Shown piece by piece: positions 1 through 12,719 of a stretch of 64,000 nucleotides of DNA. Every line of letters begins with the position of its first letter. Position 1 is the first letter of the stretch. The position numbers and the translations under genes were made by a program. The notes beneath the pieces were generated by a model that made no database searches, was not told the DNA's origin, and was given only the letters and a program-made list of their open reading frames with translations. Origin of the DNA: Narcine bancroftii (taxonomy: Eukaryota); contig NC_091471.1 of assembly GCF_036971445.1 (NCBI RefSeq), forward strand, positions 266,848,001 to 266,912,000. The letters run 5' to 3'.

Positions 1-2068
1 AACAAATTACATATAATCCAATGGAGATTAATGATAACTTTAAGGAATTTTATGAACAATTATACCAAACTGAGAACGAGGGGAAAGATGATAATTTTTA
101 GCTAAAATTGAACTGCTGAAATTGCAAGAAGAGGAGCAAAACAAACTGATAAAACCATTTGAAATAGAGGAAGTTCAGGATATATTAAAAAAGCTGCCTA
201 ACAATAAAACGCCTGGAGAAGATGGATTCTCAATATAATTCTATAAAACATTTAAAGAGTTATTAATTCTTCCTCTCCTGGAAGTAATGAACCATATAGA
301 AGAAACACAAAACTTGCCAGATTCATGTAAGATGGCAATAATTACAGTAAAACCAAAGACAGAGAAGGATACACTAACACCAGCATCATATAGACCAATG
401 TCTCCACTTAATTCAGATTATAAGATAATAGCAAAATTATTAGCAAACAGATTGGCCGACTGTGTACCAAAAATAGTAAAACAAGATCAAACTGGATTTA
501 TTAAGAAAAGACGAACAGTGGATAATGTCTGTAAATTTATTAATTTAATCCATCCAGTTCAAGGAAATAAGAAGCCAACAGTGGCTGTAGCTTTACATGC
601 AGAAAAAGCCTTTGATAGGGTAGAATGGAATTATTTATTCAAAGTATTACAGAGGTTCAATCTACCAGAAAAATATATTAATTGGATTAAAGCATTATAT
701 AATGGACCATTGGCAAAGATAACAGTAAATGGATATGTATCGAACCAACTTAAATTAAGTAGGTCAACTAGGCGGGGATGTGCACTATCTCCCTCACTGT
801 TCACTTTAGCAATAGAACCATTGGCAGAACTGATAAGAACAGAAAATAAAATAAAAGGGATAAAAATAAAAGAGTATAAAATCAGTTTATTTGCAGATGA
901 CATCATAATATACTTAACAGAACCAGAAATATCAATAAAAGAACTACATAAGAAATTGAAGGAATATGGAAAAATATCGGGGTTCAAGATCAATGCAAAT
1001 AAAAGTGAAGAGTAATGCGGATTATACAGAATTTAAAAAAGAATCACCATTTAAATGGCAAACACAAGCAATCCGATACCTAGGTATTAGGTTAGATAAT
1101 AATTTAAGACACTTGTACAAATTAAATTATCGGCCACTAATAAAGAAGTTGCAGGAAGACTTAGAACATTGGAAAGAATTACCACTAACGTTGATAGGAA
1201 GGGTAAATTGCATTAAAATGAATGTCTTCCCAAGGATTCATTACTTATTTCAATCGTTACCAATTCCCTTAACAGAGAAATTCTTTAATGAACTTTAAGG
1301 ACATTTTTATGGATGGGGGGGGGGGGGGGGGGTGGAACCGAGGATAGTGTTAGATAAATTAACAGAGAGGTACAACCAAGGTGGTTTGCAGTAACCAAAC
1401 TTTAAAAATTATTATAGAGCAGCACAATTAAGGTATTTATCATATTTTTATCAGACAAGGGAAAAACCAGATTGGACTAAGATAGAGCTAGATAACTTTA
1501 TAAGTGGGATGAAAAGCTGGTATGATATAAAAGCTCACCAGTATTGCATCATTTACTCAATATATGGAAACAGATTCATTTAAAAAGGAAAAAACAAATG
1601 ACCAAATACCAAAATTATTATTGACGCAAAATCAACTAATCCCTTTTACAATAGATAACCTTTCCTTTAGAGAATGGGAGAGAAAAGGAATTAAAAGAAT
1701 AGAAAATTGTTTTTTGGGAAATAATTTATTAACATTTGAACAAATTAAGTACAAATACGGAATAACTCATAGTACAATATTTGTATACCACCACCTGAAA
1801 ACCTACTTAAAGGATAATTTGGGAAAGAGACTGAGATTACCAGAAGGAAGCATCTTTGAATATGTGATTACAGACACAATGATAATTAAAAGATTTATAA
1901 CGAATAAGTACATCAAGCTGCAAGAGAAGGAAAATGATGAAATACGCTAAACCCAAACAAAAGTGGGAAAAAGATTTAAATATAAAGATAAAAAATGAAA
2001 TATGGGAAACGTTATGCTCTGGAACTATGAAACACAAGGTTAGGCATGATACAGTATAATTGGTTACA
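1..2068 (+). mobile_element. L1-clade LINE fragment (ORF2 RT region, degraded), running off the left edge and 3'-truncated
   Basis: ORFs 287-1015, 966-1298 and 1564-1950 encode RT motifs (YRPMSPLN, AEKAFDRVEW, LFADD). They are colinear with ORF2 of the L1 at 16286-22665. There are frameshifts and stops, and similarity ends just after QYNW. Confidence 0.93.
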
Positions 2069-2240
2069 GTATAATGCGTTCTGGGGGCAATTTTGCCCAC
2101 TTCAGTGTAAATGCTCTTATTGTATTTCAGGTGACCATGTAGTAATCTTGCCTCTGTTCACATAGCTATGTTGCAGCGTGATTTTCCAACTCTCATCGAA
2201 GATTGCCTTTTTGGTATTTTTCTTAAAGTCTCTTTTTAGT

Positions 2241-2410
2241 GCCTAATGGCCTGAAATCGTCTGATTTCAGAAGCTAAGCAGGCTCAGGACTGGTCAGAAC
2301 TTGGAGGGAAGATCACCTAGGAATACCAGATGCTCTAGGTTTCTGTGAGGGGTGCTGGACAAAGTGGAAACTCTGTCTATCTTACAGAAGACAAGAATTT
2401 CATGTAATAC
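2241..2410 (+). mobile_element. 5S rRNA-derived element (SINE3-like head plus unrelated tail, or 5S pseudogene)
   Basis: 2257-2342 tcgtctgatttcagaagctaagcaggctcaggactggtcagaacttggagggaagatcacctaggaataccagatgctctaggttt aligns to the 3' two-thirds of vertebrate 5S rRNA, including box A and box C. About 65 nt of non-5S sequence follows. Confidence 0.8.
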
Positions 2411-2413
2411 TAT

Positions 2414-2461
2414 CTCTTTCTCTTTGGCTTGGCTTCGCGGACGAAGATTTATGGAGGGGTA
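2414..2461 (-). mobile_element. Ultra-short 5'-truncated RTE LINE 3' end with 12-bp TSD
   Basis: Reverse complement of cctccataaatcttcgtccgcgaagccaagccaaaga, the RTE 3' end seen at about 21210-21250. Flanked by atgtaatactat at 2402-2413 and 2462-2473. Confidence 0.85.
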
Positions 2462-3288
2462 ATGTAATACTATATTTAGACTATAAAATACATGAATCGT
2501 TACCTTTTCTTGCTCCATCTTGCAGCAGCAGTTGCTGGATTTCTTGACCACTTCTATTATTTTTAACTTAACAATGCAGTTCATATTTGTGTCATTTTGC
2601 CGGAGCCTCCATGGTAATAAACCACCCTCAGCCAACACCCAACAGCTCAATCATTGCAATTTTTTCAGGACAACTTATACACTCAATTTATGATAAAACC
2701 ATTAAAATGATGCTGAAAATGGGGTCCCAACTTGTCGGCCAGTTGACAGTATTTATTCTACAATTATGCATTTTAAAAATTGCACAGAAAAAACGTCATT
2801 AAATATGATGTACTTTGGGCATGTCTAAAGATTTCAAGGATATAATACAAATGTAAAAGGTTTCCTTTCTTTCCTTCTGTGAATAGTGGCTAATGCTAAA
2901 AACAAGCAGAAATTATGTTGCAAATATTTGCAAAGTTTCCCAAAAGAGGAATAAATGAAATTTTATTGGCAAGGTTCATACAAATCTTCACTTTGGAGAG
3001 ATACTAAATCATTTCCAATGACATCATACTCAGCCGAGGTGGTGTAGAGCAGGCAAATTGTATTTTGGCCCAGAATTTGCTCAGTTTGGCATTGAAGTGT
3101 CTGAGAGAAGGTGATATGCATTACTGTTTTTGATAAGTTACTCAAATGACACAGAATTTATTTTTGTTTACTTTCAGCTCCAGAATTTACCAAAGAACAC
3201 TTAGGAAAAACATCAAAATATTGAGTAAGATACAGAAGAGAACAAAAATTATTCCACTGATGAGGGACATTATATAGAGAGTGCTTAC

Positions 3289-3384
3289 GCTTGGATGAGG
3301 CCTGCAATGTCATTGGCTCCTGTCCCAGGTCCTCCTGCAGTTCCTCCAACTGGACCATAGGATCCAGACATCATTCCAGACACG
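3289..3384 (-). CDS. SGTA: SGTA coding exon (VSGMMSGSYGPVGGTAGGPGTGANDIAGLIQA); last exon visible, gene continues left of the window
   Basis: AG acceptor and GTAAG donor, 96 nt, phase 2-2. Resembles the human MSGMISGG...NDLASLIQA region. Confidence 0.88.
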
Positions 3385-3477
3385 CTACTCAGCAGAAAAA
3401 GAAACAAATCATTAACTTAATGTAGAAACTTTGGAATTAAAACGAAAGAAAACCATTAATGAAATATTGCTACTTAC

Positions 3478-3515
3478 AGTTGCTGTACTTGTGAATTCTG
3501 CATTAGATTAGATGC
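3478..3515 (-). CDS. SGTA: SGTA coding exon (ASNLMQNSQVQQL)
   Basis: ttttag|GCA...CT|gtaagt, 38 nt. Matches human ASNLMNNPQIQQL. Confidence 0.9.
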
Positions 3516-3901
3516 CTAAAAGAGGAAATCAGTGAAAAATTGTCTCTTAGAATGTGTTTTGTTACACACAATTCTGTACTTCTTGAAATTTCTTTTAAAT
3601 ATCTGTTAAATAATTACTAAATATTATTTATTACAATATGCATAAAAATATTGCTAAAGGGGTGAAAGGCATTGAGAAGCACAATAGTCTTAAATATGGA
3701 AGGAGATTTTCAAATAGTCATTGGAGAGAACCCTCAGTGATTCAGCTACAAAGCAAGGGACTGCAGAAAGTGTCCATCTCAATTAAGTGAAAAATAACGG
3801 CATCGCTGTCACAGAACAGCAATGAGAAGACTGCTTTAAACATTGACATAGAACTAATTACAAAAAAACAACAAAAAATAAAATGGACTATATAATGTTA
3901 C

Positions 3902-3964
3902 CATATTCATGAAGCCTGGATTATTCAGTAAACCTGCCAGATCAAATCCTCCGCTGCCTCCTGT
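3902..3964 (-). CDS. SGTA: SGTA coding exon (TGGSGGFDLAGLLNNPGFMNM)
   Basis: ccctag|ACA...ATG|gtaac, 63 nt. Carries the LLNNPGFM motif. Confidence 0.93.
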
Positions 3965-6592
3965 CTAGGGGATAAAGAACAAATCCTATGAGCAAAAGGT
4001 TTTTTTTTGCTGCAGGGCTGTCATCAAGAAGAGCACATGCACCTCTAAGAAACCAATTCCGCTCCATCATGTGGTGAGTGATTCCCATTTCAATAGTTGG
4101 TCATTCACTGAGCTTTATGTACGAGATTGATTTATTCTCTGCTCATCGTAACACCACCCTATCCTGGACAGAAAGAACGGCAAAATCCAATTCAAGGATC
4201 TCCAATGTAGTTGAATTATATCTCATCCCTTTAAATATTTTCAGGTTTCCCAACTCCAGAATATAAAAACAAAGTTTGCAAATTTTGCCTTTTATCTAAA
4301 AGAAATGATGCAGTCAAATAAAGGTACTGCATTCACATCTCTCACTGGGATTATAGAAAAAAAAGATGCAATTTGTGTCAATGTAAAATAAACCTGGTGC
4401 AATCTTATGGAAGTAATAGAAGTATTTTAGACATTTCCTAAAGGAGGACTATTGTTTTTGTGTTTAGCAGCATCAAGTCCTAAAATAAGCTATAATGTGA
4501 CAAAAATTTGAAAAACAAATATCATTATTGAATATTTAGGGATTTCCACTGGAACTGGAGATGAAGAAGAGACAATAGATTGAAAAGGTGACCACAGAAT
4601 TTCTTCCATCAGAGGGTTATGTCTTTTTGGAATTTTCCCCTCCAGATGATAATCAACTACTGAATCTATTTGACAATGGAAATAAAGATCTTTGTGCATT
4701 AAGGAATGCAAGAATTTGGGGTTAGAGTGGAAACTTAGTGAAGGGCAGAGCAGGTTTGATGGACTATATGGCCCATTCTGTGCCCAATTATAGATTTATG
4801 GATTTGGAGGTGGAGGAAGCATAAAAAGACTGAGGCTGAAATTTGTTTCCGTGTTTAAAAGCTCTGCCAAATATATGGCAAAAATAATTTTGTTTAAATA
4901 ATTTTGTCTCCACAGAGTTAGTTAATCCAAATGACAGCCATGACAGTGAAATAATAATGCAAAGACTATGCTACACAATACTTGCTGAATGCAGCTTAGT
5001 TATATACAGTTAGGTGTTTTAAAAAAAGGATGGATCATTTGGTCCATTTCACCAGTGCTAATGTTTAAACTTATAAAGCCTCCTCCCAACCTCCTCTCAT
5101 TGCATCTATAAACAAAAAAACTGTATGTGCTGGAAGTCGGAAATGAAAAACAGAAAATGCTGGGGGGAACTGATCAACATTTCATGTCTATGATCTTTTG
5201 GGTGAACATTCATTCATCTTAATCTTGCATGTTAAATCTATCTCCTAGATGCTGCTTGACCTGCTGAGCTTCTGAAGTATTTTCTATCAATCCATATTCA
5301 TTTGTTTTTCACTGTCCAAGTTTTTACATAAAATCACAAATCTAAGTGCCTTAATGATTCCAGATAAGAATAATTTGTTCCGTTAGAGTACGAGATTTCT
5401 CTTGAAAGTTACGAATTCTGGATATGATTTACAAATCATGTATCCTTTTGTCATACTGAATGCCTTATTAAGTTTGTGTAACTATTTATAGCATCTTATT
5501 GAACTGCACCTATTTTTGTACAAGTTCTTTATTAAAATCAATTTTAAAATTTTAAAAGAAAGTTATTAATTGAGTTACAATTGGTCATCACGTATTTGCG
5601 GCCTCTTGTCTGTTAGGTGGAAAAATTCCATGGCCAAATAAAATTACAATGACAACCAAATGCTTTTGGACTTCTTAACTCATGATAAAAATTATTCGCT
5701 AGCAGTATGGATGCAAACTCTGAGTGATCTCTTTGGAGAAAAGTTGTTCTTTAAAAAGTGGATAATATTCTTAAATAGAAATAGTTTTAGAGTATTGCTT
5801 ATTGTTTTACATGTACTGAGATCTAGTGAAAGGCTTTGTATTGTGTCCAGGCAAGTCATATTTAAGTACAACAGGCAATGGAAAATAATACAAAAGGACC
5901 ATGTAGTTTACAGAGAGGAAAAAAAAACATTATTTTACTAATGAAAGATCTATTCAATTGTCTGAGAAAGGCAGGGAAGAAACAGCCCTTGAATCTGGTG
6001 TTCCATGGCTCGTGCATCTTTTACTCAATGGAAGTGTGAAGAATGTGACTGGGGTGGGATGGGATACGTTAGGTGCTTTCCCAAGACAGCATGAAGTGTA
6101 GACAGAGTTGATGGAGGGGAGAGTGGTTCAAGTTATGACCTGTGCTGCATTCCAATTTTGCAATTTCTTGCTTTCTTGGCAGCACAGTTCCTATACCAAA
6201 CTGTGACGCTCTCTATCCTGCAGCTCTAAAAATTGGTAAAAGAACATTGGGGGGGTGTGCTGTGTTTCTTTAAACTTCTACGGGAATAAAAGTCTTGGTG
6301 CGGGTTCTCAGCTGTATTGTCAACGAGGTCAGCTTGTTGGTGATATTTACACCCAAGGAGTTAAAACTCTCTACCATCTCCACCTCAGCAACCTGGTAGA
6401 GGAATACCTGAAATCACACTTCAATTTTTCCTCTCATTTTAAAGAATTGCTGAATATTTTTTTGTACAACATTGTGAGAAATAAGATTTGAAAACTATTT
6501 TAGAAAATATTGCTTTTATGTGAAATTTACAAAATCTTGCATGCTTCTAGAATGAAACTGTAAATCATGCAAACACTTAATTCAGCACTCAC

Positions 6593-6731
6593 TGGACTCG
6601 GCGCATCCTTAATCTTCTGTTCTGCTACACCAAGGTTTGCTTTGTACGATTCATTGTCAGGATCCAGCTCCAGGGCCTTTTTATAGTAATCAACTGCCTC
6701 ACTGTATTTATTTAGACTAGCCAGGGCCAAC
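6593..6731 (-). CDS. SGTA: SGTA coding exon, TPR3 ([46 protein letters not shown])
   Basis: ttcag|G...CCA|gtgagt, 139 nt. Lies within ORF 6527-6763. Confidence 0.95.
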
Positions 6732-6979
6732 CTGAAATGAACCAAATCAATCAATTGTTTCAATTCAGAAACACATTTGGCATCCTTTAAATTAGATGCA
6801 ATCTCTGAAGATCTTTATAGAAAAATAAAATGTAAAAATTACATTTTGGGAAATCTAATATCACAAAGTTAAAGAACACTTAAATTTGCATGGCGCTTCC
6901 AACTTGAGCATTTCACTTGCAACATGCAAATCATCGATTAGCATATCAATATAAGTTTTAAGTGAGATTAATAACCTGA

Positions 6980-7657
6980 TGTTTTGTTTGTTACCCTGAG
7001 GATGACGTCAGAACATCATTCGAGAGGGTGAACCCTCGCAAGGTGTCAGGCATTGACTGTTTACGTGGCAGGGTATGAAAATCTGCACCAACCAACTAGA
7101 CAGAGTATTCATGGACATTTTCAACCTCTCATTGCTGCAGTCAGAAGCTCCCACCCGCTTCAAAAGGGCATCAATCATCCTGACGCCCAAGAAGAACAGT
7201 ATGAGCTGCCTCAACGACCATCATCTAGACTAGTAGCACTAACATCTACTGTGATGAAATGCTTTTAGAGGCTGTTCATGGTCAGAATTAATATGCATCT
7301 AATAAAGGTCAGGATCCACTGCAATTTGCCTATCGTCACAATTGCTCCACAGCAGACACAATATCACTGGCTCTCCACTCAGCTCTGGATCACCTCAAAA
7401 AACAGCAACTCATACATACGGCTGCTCTTTAGTAACTACAGCTCGGCCTTCAATTTTTCCCTTGGGGCTGGTGAAGAAGCTACAAACTCTGGGCCTCTGC
7501 GCTCTCCTCTGCAACTGGATCCTTGACTTCTGCAGTCAGTACAAATTGGAAACAATGTCACCTCCTTACTGATTATCAACACAGGCGCACCTCAAGGATG
7601 CATGCTTAGCCCACTGCTCTACTCATTATACACCCATGACTAGGTGGCCAGGCACCA
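6980..7657 (+). mobile_element. Rex1/Babar-like LINE RT fragment
   Basis: Fragmentary RT motifs LVALTSTVMKCF, YIRLLFSNYSSAFN, LCNWILDF and GAPQGCMLSPLL. Confidence 0.75.
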
Positions 7658-7771
7658 CTATTTTTGTAAATTATTTTTACAAAAAATTATTTTTGTAAAA
7701 GTGGTTATATGGCACGATGATGCTGTCACAAAACATTGAATTTTGTGACTTGTTCATGACAATAAAATTGT

Positions 7772-8306
7772 CTATTTCTACTTCAATTCTTATTCTCACC
7801 AGAGCTGCAGTATCCCAAAGCTGAATCACAAATAATTTCAGATGGGAGCCTGTGAAGGGTGGAAGTATATTAGAAACCTGCAGCATATTTAAATATACTG
7901 CTTGCCACTGAAGTCTCTCAGCTGCAAAAAAATACTGAGTATCCAAGATGCACCAAATCTATTTTGCTTCACCCTAACAGCCTCTTGGATCTAGGTTTAA
8001 GGAACATATTATGGTGGGTTCTGCAAATGAAACACTAATCTAGATTAAGCCTTAAAATTAAATGCTAGGTTTTGAACAAAATTTCTGACTTAAGAGCAGA
8101 GTGTAATACAGTAAGAGCCAAGATGACACCTGTATTTCAAGTACTTTTTGTAGCTGAGAGACTTCAGTGGCAAGCAGTATATTTAAATATGCTGCAGGTT
8201 TCTAATATACCTCCACCCTTCACAGGCTCCCATCTGAAATTATTTGTGATTCAGCTTTGGGATACTGCTGCAGCTCTGGTGAGAATAAGAATTGAAGTAG
8301 AAATAG
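7772..8306. repeat. Long inverted repeat, ~165-bp arms (7772-7936 and 8141-8306) with ~205-bp spacer
   Basis: The arms are near-perfect reverse complements. ORFs 7677-7946(-) and 8072-8311(+) give almost the same peptide. Confidence 0.95.
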
Positions 8307-8389
8307 TCTAAATTTAAGAATTTTCCAGTTGACTGTATTGCATACAGCCTTTTCCACATTGAACAAACCTAATTCAAATTAAACATCTC

Positions 8390-9105
8390 CTTGGTACCTA
8401 CCTGTGACTTCAGGAGATGCTCCACTTGCAACCACACCTCCTCCCTCACCACCATTCGGGGCCCCAAACAGTCTTTTTAAATGAAGCAACATTTCACTTG
8501 TGAATCTGCAGGGGCCAGCTACTGAATCCGGTGCTTCCGCTGTGGCCCCCCTCTACATCGGAGAGACTGGACACAGACTGGGAGATCGTTTTGTTGAGCA
8601 CCTCAACTCTGTCCTCCGCAATGGTGGTGGATCTCCTATTTTAATACCTCATCCCTCTCCATTGCTGACATGTCTGTCCACGGCATCATGCACTGCCAGA
8701 CTGAGACCACATGAAAATTGGAGGAACAACACATCTTCCAACTGGGAACTCTCCAACCGGATAGCATTAATATCAACTTCTCTGGGTTTCGTAAAAGTCC
8801 CCCCACTTCTCTCCCTACCCTCCCACCGCCCCCACCAATGCTTTTCCCTATCTCTGTCTCTCCATTTGTCTCCTTTCGGACAAACATGATAAATTCTTAC
8901 CTGGTCTCTTATCAAATCCAAATAACACCTTTTGTTGATCTAGATTCCTCACCCAGCCAGCATTGTATGAATTCTGAGACTTTGAGATTTCCTGTTCTGA
9001 GTTATTCCTTGAACAAGGATTCAGGCCCAAAACATCGGCAATATATCAGTCTCCAATGGACACTGAAAAGACCAGCTGAGTTCTTCCGAGATTTTGGAGT
9101 GTTTT
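8390..9105 (+). mobile_element. Penelope-like element 3' fragment (GIY-YIG endonuclease remnant)
   Basis: LYIGETGHRLGDRFVEH and EEQHIFQLGTLQPDSININFS. Related copies at about 47595 and 53475. Confidence 0.8.
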
Positions 9106-11240
9106 TGCTTCACAGAACATCTTTAGTCAATCTGCAATGGCCACCATGATCTTCCAGCCTCTTGCCATTTTAAACACCATCTCATTCCCACTCTCCACTC
9201 AGACCTCAGCTTCTTACATGCTCCAATGATGTCCAATGCAAGCCTGAGGAAAAGCACCTCATCTTTCAAATGGGTATTTCACAAGCCTCTGGAGTTCACT
9301 TTAGATCTGACAATTCCTGTTGACATTGCTTATTGTTAACACAGAGTTGCACTTTCCCCTTTCAATTTAATTTTATTTTCCATCTCCATCTGTAACCATT
9401 ACTATTAAGACTATTTTGATTTTAAACCTACCAATATCTATGGAGTACACTCCTTGCTAAAACATTAAGCCCTTTTTTCCACCTTACCAGCTTCGATGAA
9501 GGAACAAAACATTAATCCTATTTTTCTCCATACTGACAATGCCTGACTTTACAAATGCTTTCAGTATTTGTCATTTTTTTCTTTTCTCTAAAGAGATCTT
9601 TTTCCGTGCTTCACAACATCTATGCAAATCTTTACTGAAATAGGTACCTTAAGAGGAAGCCGGAGAGCAACTGCCAGCAGTTATTGGGATTAAAACCAGG
9701 ATTTTCCTGCTAATAAATACCGTCCACTTGTTAATGCCTTGCTTAGTATGAATGTGCAGGGCTCACAATAAAGAAGCTACTTAAAATCTCTATAATGCCA
9801 CGTCCTTCTTGATTCTGAGGTTATATCTTTAAATAGGTTCATGAAGCAGAAATTAGATTTTGACCTAGTTCACCATTGGAGTCATCCGGGAGAAAAAAAG
9901 GACACATTTCTTTGTTCAAATGAGTGAATAAAGGAGGAGAAGCATCTTTAACATAAAATCATCCCCCTTAATGTTCTATTTACCCAATCAACTCAAACCT
10001 TATTTGAAAAGATGGGGGTTATGAAAATGATTAATGGGATGGGGTTTAATTTCATGATGTAGAGTCCAAACATATAAAAATAAAATCTAATGTGGTAATG
10101 GAGAATTAGAGACAAGGGAGAAGAATGGCTTCGAAAGTTCGAGTAAAAGGATGGCAGCAAAAAAATGTAAACAAATACAAATTTTCAATTGGAGGTGCAG
10201 GGTATATGAGAACAGACAAGAAAGGATACATACAGCAAGGGATTTTGATGAGCTGACATGTAGCGAAAGTGAAAGAAGGGGACTGGCCAAAAGAACACAA
10301 GAGTAATGAAAAAGCAAAATGCTACAGGTGCTTGAGACCAATAAATACAAATAAAAACTTTCATTTAAACTGTTTGCTGCTTTGGTTCAATAACCTTCAA
10401 CGTTAAGTCTCTGTCCCCTCAAACAAGCTGTGATTTGCTGAAAATTGTGAGAATTTCTGTTTCACCAGAAAAAAATCTTGTCTTGAGCTGTCAAAGGCAT
10501 AAATAACTTCCGTTATGCACAGGCTGAAAGAAAGCTACGCGATGGTGGTGAAGGTCAACTGTCTGAGAAATGGGTCTCAGTCAAACATTTGAGATATACA
10601 TTACCTGTTTTAACCCATTTGAGGAAGTTAGAAGGATTAAGGATGATGACTTTAACTTTCCCATCATACAGTTGGAAGAAGTTAATAGCTCATTCATAAC
10701 CAGATCAGTTTTAAAAAAAAAAATTCATAAAACATGAATATTAAAGGATTGGCAATGCCAGTAAAAAATAAAATGGATTTTTATAACAAACTACTGACAT
10801 GAGTTAACTATATAAAGAAAATCCATGGTATGATTCAAGATCATCTCTCTGAATTATTCTGACCTCTGACCCTTGGCTACCATACGACTTACTGCAAACA
10901 GAATGCAAGTATCAAGTCTGTTTGAGCAGCGCCTCAGTGCAGATCTGCAGAGAGAAGCCTCCAATCAGACATGAGCAAGGTATCCAATCATTAGAAACAA
11001 TTACTGGTTTACAATATGCTGTAGCATTGAAACAGCAAGGCCATTGTCATTCCAATTGCTAAAATTGGTGGGAGATGGTGGATCATTTAAAAGGTTTGGT
11101 GGTAACATGCAGCAATTACCTCAGAGCCCAACCTTCCTTTACCTGAGACTTTTTTTTTCTAGTTAAATTTTAAAATCCTTACAGATACCTCTGTGTGGGA
11201 AGTAATTTTGGAGTTTAGATAGCACTCTAGTGTTTCACTA

Positions 11241-11570
11241 CCAAAGAAGAGGTACAAGGGCTGCCTAAAGAAAGCTCTTGGTGCCTGCCACATTGACCAC
11301 CGCCAATGGGCTGATCTCACCTCCAACCGTGCATCTTGGCGCCTCACAGTTCGGCGGGCAGCAACCTCCTTTGAAGAAGACTGCAGAGCCCACCTCACTG
11401 TCAAAAGACAAAGGAGGAAAAACCCAACACCCAACCCCAACCCAACAATTTTCCCCTGCAACCATGTCTGCCTGTCCCGCATCGGACTTGTCAGCCACCG
11501 ACGAGCCTGCAGCTGACGTGGACATTACCCCCTCCATAAATCTTCGTCCGGGAAGCCAAGCCAAAGAAGA
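11241..11570 (+). mobile_element. 5'-truncated RTE LINE with 12-bp TSD
   Basis: Same sequence family as 20812-21251, with a GAA-type tail. TSD agtgtttcacta at 11229-11240 and 11571-11582. Confidence 0.9.
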
Positions 11571-12262
11571 AGTGTTTCACTAGAGAGGACCCCTTCACCC
11601 CCCCAAAAAAAGGCAAAGCCACAAATGTGTAAACAACATTCAACAGAAAATAAATCTGACCATCTATGTCCAGAAAAATGGTCACTGACATTTGTTGCTG
11701 TCACCAGAAGATTGACTAGTTATTATTCCCATGGAAAACTTCTGAGCACAAATACAGAAGAAGACTCAAATTGATTAATGACAATGCAAAATCCTTAACA
11801 AGTCTTGTGACTAAAATAACAAGAGAAAGAATCAATGTAAAATTGTCTAGTTTCAACACTGATTAAATTTGTGCATTAATGAACTTCAAAAGTGTGTCAC
11901 TTCCAACACACAACCTTCAATATGTTGTCACATGGTTCAAGCAGTATATAACAAATTCATAACCGGGTATGATCGCTGTAAAGTGACAGTTTTTTCTAAT
12001 ATTAGCATGACAGATGAGTCACAATTTGTCCACAGCACGTTGCACTAGTCAGGAGAACATCATGTAGGATTCTTGCTAGTTTTCTTGTCAGTAAATATGC
12101 TGGAGGTATCTTGCAAGGATGAGCAACAATACGTTATCATACTTGAATAGTCTATTAGCATTCAATATTTAGAATGATCATCAAAACCGTGCCAGGCATT
12201 AAAAAACACAACTGTCATCTTCAGGAAGCAGAGGAAGGAATCAAAATTTTTTTAAAAGTTAC

Positions 12263-12367
12263 CCCATTCTGCCGTAGGCTTTGCTGTAGCATGGGTCAAA
12301 TGCTATTGCCTTTTCACAGTCTTGAACTGCTCCAGAGTAGTTTCCCAGTTTACTGTAAGCTGCGGCC
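12263..12367 (-). CDS. SGTA: SGTA coding exon, TPR2 ([35 protein letters not shown])
   Basis: ttgcag|G...GG|gtaac, 105 nt. Close to human [20 protein letters not shown]. Confidence 0.95.
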
Positions 12368-12719
12368 CTGCAAAGGAACAGAAACTCACATCAGGTGAAA
12401 ATCTTCCAGAAATCAACTTGGAACAATGATCTGGGTCCTGTTGCAACAAAGCAGATTAGAGGTACCTGTTCCATGCAAAATAAGGATGAAAAACTGAAGT
12501 CATAAGGCTTGAGTTTGTACATCTCTTACTCCAGGAGAAACCATGGTCATCTTTTCAATATCAATGTCTTACTTTCTTTCAAAATTCAGTTCAGTAACAG
12601 CAGAATTAGTTTCTCAGCTCTTCTCTGTAATCTCTTTTGTACCACCATGCTGGAATATCATCAGTTTCAATGATGCAGTCTTTGTACATATCAACTCAAA
12701 TGCAAGATTTGATTCAGAT

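Noticed and set aside
1313-1333. Poly-G/C tracts (also ~24080, 31515, 48340) as functional G-quadruplexes
   Set aside because: Simple homopolymer expansions, mostly inside repeats, with lengths that are unreliable in assemblies.
2257-2342. Functional 5S rRNA gene
   Set aside because: The 5' third is largely missing, there are many substitutions, and it is a single copy with no tandem array.
2497-2560. Gln-rich minus-strand stretch with a donor-like AAG|gtaacg as the next SGTA exon
   Set aside because: Translation (QQLLLQDGARK) does not match GQQFAQQMQQQNPE and there is no convincing acceptor. The real exon is probably left of the window.
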